From contig MU053994.1 of NCBI GenBank assembly GCA_013239625.1, positions 4,569,434 through 4,633,433 on the forward strand: 64,000 nt of DNA, given 5' to 3'. The DNA comes from Lama guanicoe (taxonomy: Eukaryota). A program made the position numbers and the translations under genes. Below the pieces are notes generated by a model. The model was not told the DNA's origin. It did no database searches and saw nothing but the letters and a program-made list of their open reading frames with translations. Position 1 is the stretch's first letter. Each line of letters starts with the position of its first letter. Shown in pieces: positions 52,176 through 64,000 of this stretch.

Positions 52176-53149
52176 AAACTACTATTTTCCTTACAGAGTT
52201 GTTAAAAAGGTTAAACTCAACAGTGCTCCTAGTAAAGGGACTAGAATGAAGAGGCACTTCAATAAGACCCCGCTCCATCCTCATTTGGCTTCCAGTCGGC
52301 AGGATAGGGGCTAGAATAGGAGAACGCGAGTTTCAGAGTTCACAGAGAATGCACAAGTAGTGATTCCAGCTTCCCTCTGCCGTGTCTGTTCTGAAATACT
52401 GCAGGTTGCTTCGCTGCCTGGCAAACTACAGCCCAACACGGTGTGAAAACAAGACTTCTCTACGCGGGGGTCCCGTGACGGGGCGCACGCAGTCAGCTGC
52501 AGTATTAGAGGGCAGGAGAGTTTTCTTTCAGGGCCAAGAAATTGGCTTCTCTATTGACTGCCTGGTGCAGTTGAAGCAGAACCTTTCTATATGTGGAAAT
52601 GCTCCATGAATCCCCATGCTGAGTCTGTAAACCACACGCAGCTTGTGAGATACCACATACACTTTAGGAGAAATGATCCAAAATTAACATTTCTGCTAGT
52701 TCAGGCACTAGGAAGCCAGAGATGACTGTGCTTTTCAGAACAGAAGGCTTGCACACTCAGGGCATATGCTATTCGCATCTGTTCCTAATTGGCGTTTGTA
52801 GTTCAGGTGCGTGAGGATAAAAAGTAGAGGGAAGAGGAGAACAGTTTGCCGGTGCCCAGGCACTGCAGACTTGCCTCCTCTGGGGTGAAGTCGCGGTCTG
52901 GTCTCAGGACTACGGGGCACTCAGTGAGAGGTGACTGCAGAAATGGTAGGTGAAAGCACCAAGGGATCATTATCTGTGCACGTGTGGAGCATTTATTGTA
53001 GCAAGGTTAAGTTGGGGCCACTTTTTTTTATTAGTCTTTCTCTCCCCTCCCCTCCCTTGCCCAGTAATCCAGGTAGAAGGCAACTATTAGAAAAAATAAT
53101 CAAATTGTCCCCATTGCCAAGCCTACTGGAAGGGTATGAGGGTTAGGCT

Positions 53150-53269
53150 CAGTGGTTCTCAAAATGAAGTCCGTGGACCCCTGCATTAGAATCCCTGCGT
53201 TGTCCAGACGATTCCTTTCAGACAAGCACCCTGGGTGATCCTGATGAGCACTAAATTGAAAAACCTCTG
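53150..53269. mobile_element. hAT-Charlie MITE (MER5A-like), internally deleted
   Basis: 'cagtggttctcaaa...acaagcaccctgggtgatcctgatgagcactaaattgaaaaacctctg'. Confidence 0.75.
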
Positions 53270-53769
53270 ATTTAATTGACCTAAATTATTATCCGGTCCA
53301 ACTTTTGACATGAAATTCCCAGGAGGGGAATAACACTGAATGAGAAAGTTTCCTGATACATAAGGTTCCCTCATTCCTTCTGGGGAGGTAAAATGGAGCA
53401 AGAGGTCCCTGCCGTGACTCCCTGCAGAACAGCATGGAATTGGCCTTTTCCAAACTGCAGCTAGGCTGGCTGCAGGCTGCAGGCAGCTGGAGGTTCAGAA
53501 GTATAAGGGACTGTCTGTGAGCAGGTTCCCACTTCACTCGCGGTGGAGCCACATGGCTCATAGGGCTTCGTCCCTGCATTTTCCCTTATGGTAGAATCAC
53601 TAATCTCTTTTTGAAAACCATGGAGCTAACAAAGATCCCCCTGACTTGAAGCATTTCTATTCTGCTCTGGCTCTCCATGCTGGGGGCAATGTCTTTGTCC
53701 TGAACAAATAGCCCTTAGAGGCCCTCAACAAACTCAAAGCCCTGGGATTGGGGAGGTTGTAGAATTATG

Positions 53770-54090
53770 CAGCCATATGTATCTATATTAAGCTAAGTAT
53801 GAGTTCATATAGATGTCTTCAACTCTAAACCATTACCACACGGATCATTCTAGCCTCCTCACCTTGCTTACCTGTAACCTCCCATTCCAACAGTGAGAAA
53901 TTTGGCTCCCAACATCTGCCATCTATTTGCGTAATTATTCAATTCTAGTATACATGTATCATGATTTCGGAATTGTTTCTGAAATGGAAAACAATTTCAT
54001 CAAGTGGAGTACAGTGTTTATATATAATTCCTTCTGACTTTTATCTTAGAGACTCCGCTCACTTCCAGAGTTACTTAGATTAGCACATTC
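53770..54090 (-). mobile_element. L1MC3-like 3' UTR fragment
   Basis: Reverse-complement similarity to ~4960-5220 of this window. Confidence 0.8.
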
Positions 54091-57000
54091 TTCCTCATAA
54101 ACAGCTCTGCCTAATTGCAAATAAAATTTGATATTCTTCTTGAAGGGAAGCCCTCCAAATTATATGAACTTCATTATCCACAAAACATGATGCTGTCCCT
54201 TGTGGTAGTCAGGGTTTATATATGCTTTTTCCAATATGAAATGGTTTGAGGCAATTGGGGACAAGTTTTTTTTTTTTCCACACCAAAGGGGAAGACCTCG
54301 CAATATATGAAGAATTTAAGAAAACAGTGAAAATATTATAGAAGTAAATTCCTTTAGTGTAAATGGTTTAGTGACTTCAGATGTGGCAGCTATCTTGGAT
54401 AGTTGCAAAGGCAGGTGCAGAAGTTGCAAAGACATTTCCCTTTATGTTGATAGAAAATGATGAAGGCTCTATCCTAGATGAAATGCTTAATTTTGGTGAA
54501 ACATAATGTTTGACAAAACAGCTCTCTAGGACTTATCTTGAAGGAGGAAACAGAAACTCCAGTTTATAAGGTGCAAAAGATTGACCGTGCTGCCGGGGAC
54601 AAATATCAGTGCAGATTTCTCCATGCCAGTATTTTATTAGTCTCACATACTTCTTTCTCATAGTTCTCTGGCTCAGATTTGCTGTAAGTTTTAAGTGGTA
54701 TGCCTCAAGCCTATTTTTTTCCATAAACTGTTACTGTAAAGGCATAGTTTTAAACAGATAGTTTTATAAAAGAAAATTCCTATTATTAGAGTTTAGCGTT
54801 TGCTTCTTTGATGCTAAATCACTAAATTGTGAACATGTTCTTCCTAGGCAAATATTTTATCCCATTCATTTTTGTAATCTCAACCTGTAGCACAGTGAGT
54901 GTTGAAATGGTTAAATATACATTATAATGTGGTTTAGCACCTCTGCCTGATTTCCTTAGGGTCTTACTGAGTTCTTAGGCCCTAGGCATGCATCTTTCTT
55001 TTCCAACCACTCACCTTCACATCCTGGTGAGGTAAGGTGGCCTTTTGCCTTGACATCCTTGAGAGCTACCCATCGGTAATTCAAAATCAAACATTTCATA
55101 TATACCTGCCAATTAATAATTTATTTGGCTCAACATTTTCATGGCAGGCCCTGCTTCCATATTCTGTTTGCTGTCAGGTTCAGTGATGGTTGCGAGAATG
55201 CCTAATTTGTGGTGGCTGCCTGCTTGAAATTGTTTTTATTCTGAGATGGAATTCCTTTCAGCCTGCACCACCAGCTATAATAATAACTTGCATGTGTAGA
55301 GCACTAAAGTTTCCAAGACATCTTCTCTAATGCTCCTCACGACCCTGAGGGTCAGATAGGACAAACAATATCCCTGTCTTTATGGAAGGTGCAGGCTTAG
55401 GAACATGAGCTCCATCCCCACATCTATCCTTATTTCTAACTTTTTGACTCTCCTAACTTTTAATACAGTGGCTGTAGAGTGCACATAATGTGACCGGGCC
55501 ATGAATTTATCTCTCACTGAAAAAAAAAACTCATTCTCAAAGAGAAAGAATAATTCTAAATTGCAAAGTAAAACAAACTAATCTTCAAGTAAAAGAATAC
55601 ATTTATTTAGAAAGTAGTTGAAAATGTTTAGACATTCTCTATGAAGCATCTTGATTTTAGAAATTGTTCAAAATTGAGGGTCAAACTTTCTAGACAGCAA
55701 ACCTGTAGCTTATTGCACAAAGATGCCGCATATGGCATCTAACCTGGAGTTAGAAATCTGTCCAATGCATCCTTTGCAAACTCTGAGAACTGAGGACAGC
55801 TGATTCAGGGCTTGTAACCCAAGCATTTCAGCCCCATCTCCCATGTAGAACCCAGTAGAATATTACTCTGGAGCCAGCAGAAAGCAGGGCTGTTCAGCCC
55901 CCTAGTAATTCATCTTCATAGACTGAGAACAACAACAATAAGAACAAAAACCTAAGTAGGTTTAACTATATACACGGACTAACAGAATAATGGACAGAAC
56001 AATGTAAACATATTCTGGCTGAACACAGTGAAATTGCTAAAATATAAAAGTACCAATAACCAGGGACAGATTCTGGCTGAGGCCTGAGCTTGATTAAACC
56101 AGACCTCCTTGGGTACTTGTTGTCTTGAAGTAACAACCCAAGGAAGACCTTTGATTTCAGCATAAAGGGCATTAGCTACTGGAACCTTCTGATTGGGTCC
56201 TTCAGATACTGGTGATTATAAGATGTATTACACATTTAATGATACACTTGAGAAAATAAAAAAAACCCACTCTCTTAAAGGTACACTTTGGTTTTAAAGG
56301 GTAAAGTGATTTACAAACTTCAAAGGGCAAAAAATGACTACTGAGAATTGAAAATAAAAAACTCAGTATTTGTTGGATGAATGAATGAATGGATATTGCC
56401 TTTGATGGATAAAGCCTCAAAGAGCTCTGGTTCTGATCTTCTTTGTATTGGTTTAACAACAGGAATCTGTCTTTTGCCACAGCTTCCTTCTACAGCCATC
56501 TTTCTTTTGCTTAAGATGGTCAAAGGAACTGGTAAAGCTTCAGGCCTCAGGAAACACAGGTGCCAGGGAGCTCTGAGGATCTCAGAAGCGCGAACTCACG
56601 CTCAGCTCCAATATCCTTAATAACTCAGCTCCAGACACTTTCCATCCTTGTGTCATTGTTCTCAAATTACAGATCCCAGGAGACCCCGACTGGACCAGCT
56701 TGGCCCAAGAGTGTATCCCTAGGTTAGGTGGAGTTGAGCCAGCACAATGGAAAATCCCACCAGCTCTATGTCTGATGGTGGGGAGAGTAGTTTCCAAAGG
56801 AAAAGTAAGGTGGTGCTATTATCAAAAGAAAATGGAAATTGGGACAATGCAAATTGGAAAAAGGTGCCCTCCTAGATGAATGTAGTAGAAAAAGACATCC
56901 TTTATCCATCCTAGAGGCAGAGAATTCAGTCCCCACTAACCCTCTTAGGGGCCGCTGCTGTACAGCACACAAATTGCACATATGTAGACAATGGCCATAG

Positions 57001-59774
57001 GGAGAGGGATGTCAGATGCCCGCTACTCATGGATGCTCTGTCAAAGTAACTTTGATAAAGAAACTTGATACTCTGCAAGTACCAGTTGTCTCAAATATTG
57101 CCATGTTCATTCAAGAGTCTATTTAATTTTCCAGTCATTCACACTGGGCACTTTTCTGTGTATCTTGCTATAACTGGATCAGAAACATTTTTCTCTTTTA
57201 TCTTGAAAACATCTAAGAATCCAAGTTATTATGTCGTCATAATGCTGGACCATAATTCAGATTAACTTCTTGTGATGCTCAGATCTTTTTCAGCAATTGT
57301 TTTTGTGGCTTTTTCCCAGAGCAAGGGTCAGCAAAGTGTGTACTTATGGATGACAAACCAGGGGCTTCTGCCACAGTTTTATTCCTGTGCCTGCTTCTCA
57401 GCCACATTGTCCCATGCAGCTACATGGTACATTTTGACCAGGTATCCTGGGCATCACTGATCAAGATTTGGCAACCAGGGGAGGAACAAAAGGTCATGTG
57501 AAGCCATTAGTGGCTCTTGATAAATGGCCCCTGCCATATTCCCATTTAGACTGACATAGCTGCAAAACTTGGGTGAGTAATTAAATGTGCCCAAACCTCA
57601 GTTTCTCTGATCTATGTAACACAGGTAATAAATCCTATCCATCAAAAGAAGGCTGTGATAAGCATTCAGTAAGATCATGGAAGTGGACCTGAGGGGTCCC
57701 TAATGAAAGGCACAGGCTTCCCGTCAGCACCTGCTTGTGTGCTGAGAAATTAGATTCTCTTTCTAAAACCCTGTCTGTCTACACCATGCAGAATGTTTTC
57801 TTCTTTTTTGGATTTGCTAGACTTCAATGTCACAATTCCACCTACTCTCACTAGAGCACTAGAAGCTATAATAGGTTTTTGAAGAGGATAACGAAAGAGC
57901 AAAGATACCCCATAAGGTTCAGGAAGTCAAAGAAGGTACCACTCAGCCAGTATACATGTCTCCCCAATGCTACATTTTCTATCCCTGTTATACACTCAAC
58001 TGGAGTCAGGAATCTGACCTTCAAAGTATAGCTACAGAAGGGAATGAGAGGTGACAGATGACAAGGAAGGGAATGAGATATCTGTATGTTTCAATCAGGC
58101 ATTGCCAACAGTTTTTGGCACTGGTTTTTATAGTATCTGTGAAATTAGTGCGTGCCCTTCAAAATCGTCTTGCTCCTTATTCCTTACATAGCCATGCCCA
58201 CATCATTGTCCAGTTTGGGAAGGTTTGAGGTCATTTCTCAACACTTGCTAACAAGAGACAGGATAGGTATGTCAACCACTAGCTAGATGTCAGGCATCAG
58301 TAAAATTCTTAGCTTGGCTGCTGTCTAGTATTGTTCTGCGGCTCCAGCAGGGAAAGGAACAGAGGAGAAGGTGCCACTGAATTGAGACCACATGCCTTCA
58401 CTCGCAAAAGAGGGGCTCTAGTGTAGAAATTGTTTTTTCACTTCTTATTTTCTCTGAGATATGGGCTTCTATTTTTAGGGCCCTGAGAATGAGGGCCTTT
58501 TACTCTAGAAAGGGACTTTTGTGACCTTGGAAAGGGTAGGTTTGCCTAAGGGAAGCCTACAAGAGAAATGCCTGCTTGTTTGTGTTTGTCTGAAATATGT
58601 TGAAAAAGCCTCCTTAGTCCACAATACTATGTGAACATGAACAGAAAACTGCTTGCCTTTTGCTTTCCAGTCTTACCAGCACGGTCCCAGTAACTCACAG
58701 GAAGTGAAATGCTCCTAATAAAAGTGTGGATGAACATGTTAGCCTCCTATAGGCAGCAAATTACTGAGAAGGACTTCCCATGTGCACCCATGGGTGGTGG
58801 GAGGGGTGTTTCGATTCCCTCTCCCTAACATACAGAGTTCAACATCTCCAGCAACAATCTCTGATTCACTGCCTCTGTCTTTCCAACACAAGGATTAGCC
58901 TCATTCTCCAACCTTAACAGACACAGAATTATATTCCTAAGGTCCAGATCGCTGCATTAAAGGAATAAGAATCACAGGCATTTTATAACCTACTTGCCAC
59001 ACTATTTATCACATGGAGGCTCAATACCCTCTTTTATAAATTGTCCACAAATACACTTTTATGCAAATACACTTCATTCTTGTTGCAGTGCCATCATTAA
59101 AGAGACTACATACTTTTGATATTCTGCTCATAATCTGAATATCAACCCTGCATTAGGTTTCAGATGTCTTAATCAGATCATTTCATTCTATGATTAAGGC
59201 ATGGTCTAAACAGATAGGTTCCCTCTCCTTTTAGTTAAAAAGATAGTGGCATCTTCCTCTACTAAATTTGTTTTATAAAGATAAATACTAAGGTGGTTAG
59301 AGACAGTAGCTGGAAAATACGATCTTTTAAAATAGAGTATGTAAAAGAAAAAATAGAATATATACATTGTGACAACATTCAAAAGAAACTGCCCCACAAA
59401 CACCTTGTTTCATCTGCAATTCTGAATTTTCAGAAATCAGATTCTCAGCTCTGTCAGCAGACACTTGTTATGTTCTGTTTAAAATCTTCCTGAATAAGAA
59501 AGATGTTCATATGAAGTCATGTCACCTTGCAGATGTATCAATTAATAGAAAGATGCCAGATAGTTGGGCAAACTCATATAGATACAGGGTATTAAACATA
59601 TTGAGAAATAATTAAGTGCTGCTTAAAAATACATTAAAACCACATTTTACATTTTGTGTACCACCCACAATACCAGTGTCTCGTAGGGTGCTCTATGTAC
59701 CATAAGTACTTAATAATGCCTGTTGATTGAAGCAATTCGAATAAATAGTTTTTGAACCATTTAAGAGCATATGG

Positions 59775-62700
59775 AACCTCTTTAAAATATGAAGATAGAT
59801 AGAGATTAAAAGTAAAAGGATAGAGGAAGATGTACCATGCTCCCACTAATCAAAAGAAAGCAGGAATAGCTATATTAATTTCAGACAGAATAGACTTCAA
59901 AGCAAGGAAAATTATCCTGGATACGAAGGGGCATATGTGATGACAAAGGAGTCGATACTGAAAGAAGATATAACAATCCTTAACGTGCATGTACCCAAAA
60001 ACAGAGCATCAAAATATGCCAGTCAAAAACTGATAGAAGTGAAAGAATAAATAGAAGAATCCACACGGTTATCATTGGAGACTTCAACACTTCTCTATCA
60101 GAAATGGACAGGCTCAGCAGGCAGAAAATCAGTAAGGACATAGTTGAACACAATAACACCATCAATTAACTAGATCTAATGGATATCTATACAGTACTTT
60201 GTCTAATGACAGCAGAATACATATTCTTCTCAAGCTCATATGGAATACTTACACCAAAATAGACCACATTTGGGACCATAAAACGCAGTTTAACAAATTT
60301 AAAGGAAACCCTTCAATCACAGAAATCATATAATGTCTGCCCTCACACCACAATGGAATTAAAGTAGAAATCAGTAACAGAAATATAGCTGGAAAATTCC
60401 CAAAACTTGGAGATTAAAAAACACAATTATAATTAACATATGGGTCAGAGAAGAAATCTCAAGAGAAATTTTTAAATATTTTGAATTAAATTAAAGTGAA
60501 AACACAATGTATTAAAATTTGTGGGATGCAATAAAATAGCACTTATAGGGAAATTTACAGTATTGAATGGGTATATTAGAAAAGAAGAAAAGCACTAAAA
60601 TCAATCACCTAAGTTTCTCCCCTAGGAAACTAGAAAAATAAGAGCAAATCAACCCTAAAGTAAGCAGTAGAAAAGAAATAAGAATTAGAGCAGAAATCAA
60701 TGAAACTGAAAATAGGAAATCTATAGAAAAAAATCAATAGAACCAAAAAGCTGGTTCTTTGAAGAGATTAATAGAATTGATAAGCTTTTCACAGGCTAAA
60801 TAAGAAAAAGAGAGGACACAAATTACTAATATCAGAAATGAAAGAAGGAAAATCACTACAGATACCATGAATATCAAAAGGACAATCAAGGAATACTATG
60901 AACAACTCTATGGCCACAAATTTGATAACCTAAATGAAATGGACTAATTCTCTGAAAGACACAATTAATCAAAACTCACATAAGAAGAAATAAACAGATG
61001 GGTTCAGCAGTGAATTAATTTAATGAAAAAATTATACCAATTCTCTGCAATTTGTTTTAAAAGCTAGAAGCAGAGAGAATACTCTCTAACTCATTCTATG
61101 AGGCCAATATTACTATAATACCAAAACTAGATAAAGACATTACAAGAAAACTGCAGACCAATATCTCTCATGAACATAGATACAAAAGTCTGCAACAAAA
61201 TATTAGCAAATCAAATCCAAAAATTTATAAAAAGAATTATACACCATAATCAGGTGAGATTTCACCCAGGTATGCAAGGCTTGATCAGCATTCAAAAATC
61301 AATTAATGTAATCCAACACATCAATAGGCTAAAAGGGAAAAAAAGTCACATAACCATATTAATAGATATAGAAGAAATATTTGAAAAAAAATCCATCACC
61401 CATTCTTGATAAAAACTCTCAGTAAACTAGAAATAGAGAGGAACTTCCTCAACTGACAAAGAATGTCTACAAAAAACCTACAGCTTACATCATATTTAAT
61501 GGAGAGAAACTCAAAGCTTTTCCATTAAGATGAGGAACGAGGCAAGGATGTATCCTCTTACCATTGATTTTCAATATCATGCTGGAAGTCCCAGCTAATG
61601 CAATAAGACAAGAAAAGGCATACAGATTGAGAAGGAAGAAATAAAACTGTCTTGCAGATGACATGATCATCTATGTAGAAAATCCAAAGAACTGACAAAA
61701 AATAATTCATGAAACTAATAAGCAATTACAGCAAGGTTGCAGTATACTAGGTTACTATACAAAAGTCATTTGCTTTCCTATATACCAGCAATGAACAAAT
61801 GGAATTGAAATTTTAAAATACAATATTACTTCCAGTAGCATCCCCCAAATGAAATAACTTAGGTATAAATCTAACAAAATGCATACAAAATCTATATGAG
61901 GAAAACCACAAAACTCTGATGAAGATATCAAAGAATAACTAAATAAATGAATATATATTCCATGTTCATGGATAGGAAGACTCAATGTTGTCAAGAGGGC
62001 AGCTCTTTCTAACTTGGTCTATAGATTCATTGCAAACCCGATCAAAATCCCAGCAAGTTTTTTTTTGTGAATATGGACAAACTAATTTAAAGTGGAAAGG
62101 CAACAGACTCAGAAAAACCAACACAATATTGAAGGAGAACAAAGTTGCAGGACTGACACTACCCAACTTCAAGACTTAACTATAAAGCTACAGTAATCAA
62201 GACAGTGTGGTGTTGGTAAAAGAATAGATCAATGGAACAGAAATGAGAGCCTAGAAATAGACCCACATAAATATAGTCAATATAGTTTGATTTTTGACAA
62301 AAGAGCAAAGGCAATTTATTAGAGAAAAGACAGTCTTTTTGAGAAATGGTGCTGGAATAATTGGATATCCACTTGCAAAAAAATGAACTTAGACACAGAC
62401 CGTACATCCTTCACAAAAATTAACCAAAAATAGATCACAGACCTAAAACTATAAAACTCCTAGAAGCTAACATAGGAGAAAACCTAAATGACCTTAGATT
62501 TGGTGACAACTTTTTATATACAACAAAGACATGATTCATGAAAGAAAGAATTGATAAGACAGACTTTCATTAAATATTCCTGCTCTGTGAAAGGCATTGT
62601 CAAGAGAATGAAAAGACAAGCCACAGATCAGAAGAAGATATTTGTAAAATATATATATGATAAAGGATTGTAATCCAAAATATACAAAGAACTCTTAAAA

Positions 62701-64000
62701 TTGAACAATAAGAAAAGAAACAACTCGTCTTAGAAATGGGCCAAAAAGCTGATCAGACACCTCACCAAATAAAATACACAGATGGCAAATAAGCCCATGA
62801 AAAAATGTTCTACATCATATATCATCAGGGAAACAAATTAAAATAACAAGATGCCACTACATACCCAGTAGAATGTCAAAAATCCAGAACACTAACAACA
62901 CCAAGAGCTAAAGAGAAGTTCGAGCAACAAGAACTTCATTGCTCCTGGGAACACAAAATGGTACAGCCACTTTGGAAGACCATTTGTCAGTTTCTTACAA
63001 AATTAATGTTTTAGGTCAGTCGCAGCCTGTTGATAGTGATATTACTGGCTAGAAATGCCTGGGGGCACTCACCTGGTCCCATACTACTTGTGGCAAGCTC
63101 CCACAGATGTTTTCCCAACTGGAGCAAATCTGGGGGCTGGACTGGCCTTGGTGGTTATTATGATTGCAAGACACACCCCTGCAACAACCATCAGGCAACT
63201 TTGAAAAAACAAGGTTAATTATTCACAACTCCAGGAGGGTACACAGCATGCATTGGGCCACCCAGTGAGGTTGTGGGTAAAGAGAGAGAGAAAGAGAGAC
63301 AACATGGGCCTGGGGTTCTGCCTTTACTTGAATTGATAGTGGAGTGCCTAGGGTTTCACGGGTTCACTCTTTATTGGTGAATTTAAAACACAAGAGTGGG
63401 AATCAAAGCATGGAAAGAAAAAAGGAGAGTCAGTCAGTTATCCAGATCAACCAGTTTTTAAAAGGAGAACTTCATAGATAGGGTGTCCTGGCTTTTTATC
63501 TAGTTATTTAGCTGGCAACCTGTTTATTCAATATGGATGTCTTTGATTTGAATGCCTCAGCAATCAAAAGCTTACTGTTAGGCATTTACATTATAATCTA
63601 AAAGCTAATTGTCAGGCCCTTATAAAAGATACTACTAACATACAATCCAGCAATTATACTCCTTGGTATTTTACCCAAAGGAATTGAAAACTTATGTCCA
63701 CACAAAATGCTACACACAGGTGTTTACAGCCATTTAATTCATAATTGCCAAAACTTGGAAACAACCAAGATGTCCTTTGGTAGACAAATGGATAAAATGT
63801 GGTACATCCAGACTATGGAATATTATTTACCACTAAAAAGAAACGAGCTATCAAGCTATGAAAAGACATAAACATCACTTAAATGCATATTACTAAGTGA
63901 AAAAATCCCAATCTTAAAAGGCTACATACTGTATGATTCCAACTATATTGGAATTCAGAAAAGAGAAAACTAAGGAGACAATAAAAAGATCAGTAGTCAT
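59775..64000 (+). mobile_element. L1 (L1MC1/L1MB-like): ORF2 from EN through RT to 3' UTR, running off the window end; interrupted by an LTR
   Basis: ORF 61170-61409 ([37 protein letters not shown]) is RT-like. 'gcagatgacatgatcatctat' (ADDMIIY) at ~61655. ORF 61985-62179 ends in KVAGLTLPNFKT. Frameshifted throughout. Confidence 0.93.
63007..63624 (-). mobile_element. ERV solo LTR (ERVL MER73/74/88-group-like; family tentative) nested in the L1
   Basis: The L1 phrase 'tttcttacaaaattaa|aaagatactactaacatacaatccagc' is split by a ~620-bp GC-richer insert starting TG. Short internal repeat 'aagct...tgtYaggc' near the right end. No clean TSD. Confidence 0.7.

Noticed and set aside
4960..54090. Long-range inverted repeat between ~4960-5220 and ~53770-54010
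   Set aside because: Explained as two independent old copies of the same L1MC 3' UTR in opposite orientation.
54370..54510. Possible small coding exon (cag|ATGTGGCAG...)
   Set aside because: Weak polypyrimidine tract, no recognisable protein match, no partner exons.
57310..57450. Possible exon after 'tttttcccag'
   Set aside because: The acceptor is plausible, but the donors are weak and the translation is unrecognisable; it cannot be supported without RNA data.
1..64000. CRISPR array, operon or intact retroelement/viral ORFs
   Set aside because: I saw no regularly spaced repeat-spacer units and no long intact ORFs. All RT/EN remnants are frameshifted L1, and the LTRs are solo with no gag/pol/env.

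Overview
This is AT-rich mammalian genomic DNA, most likely camelid. That inference rests on two tRNA-Ala-derived SINEs of the Vic-1 type and on camelid/cetartiodactyl-type L1 3' ends. I found no protein-coding exon I can support. The only supplied ORFs with recognisable homology are decayed LINE-1 ORF1/ORF2 fragments, and I also read a short Charlie-type hAT transposase remnant by hand. Most of the window is interspersed repeat: five long, old, internally deleted or nested L1s, several short young L1 3' ends with clear target-site duplications (TSDs), ERVL/ERV1/MaLR solo LTRs, L2, hAT elements and microsatellites. The most notable structures are a U6-L1 chimeric retrocopy with a perfect 15-bp TSD (3044-3345), a 5'-complete L1 whose ORF1 N-terminus is joined to the ORF2 C-terminus (14915-17087), a ~171-bp local templated duplication (33556-33726 / 34488-34658), a twin-priming-type inversion (4592-5362) and a tailless L1 fragment (45081-45260). 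I see no evidence of a new multi-gene system; these are retrotransposition and repair footprints. Repeat subfamily names come from my recall of consensus sequences, and the boundaries of old repeats are approximate.
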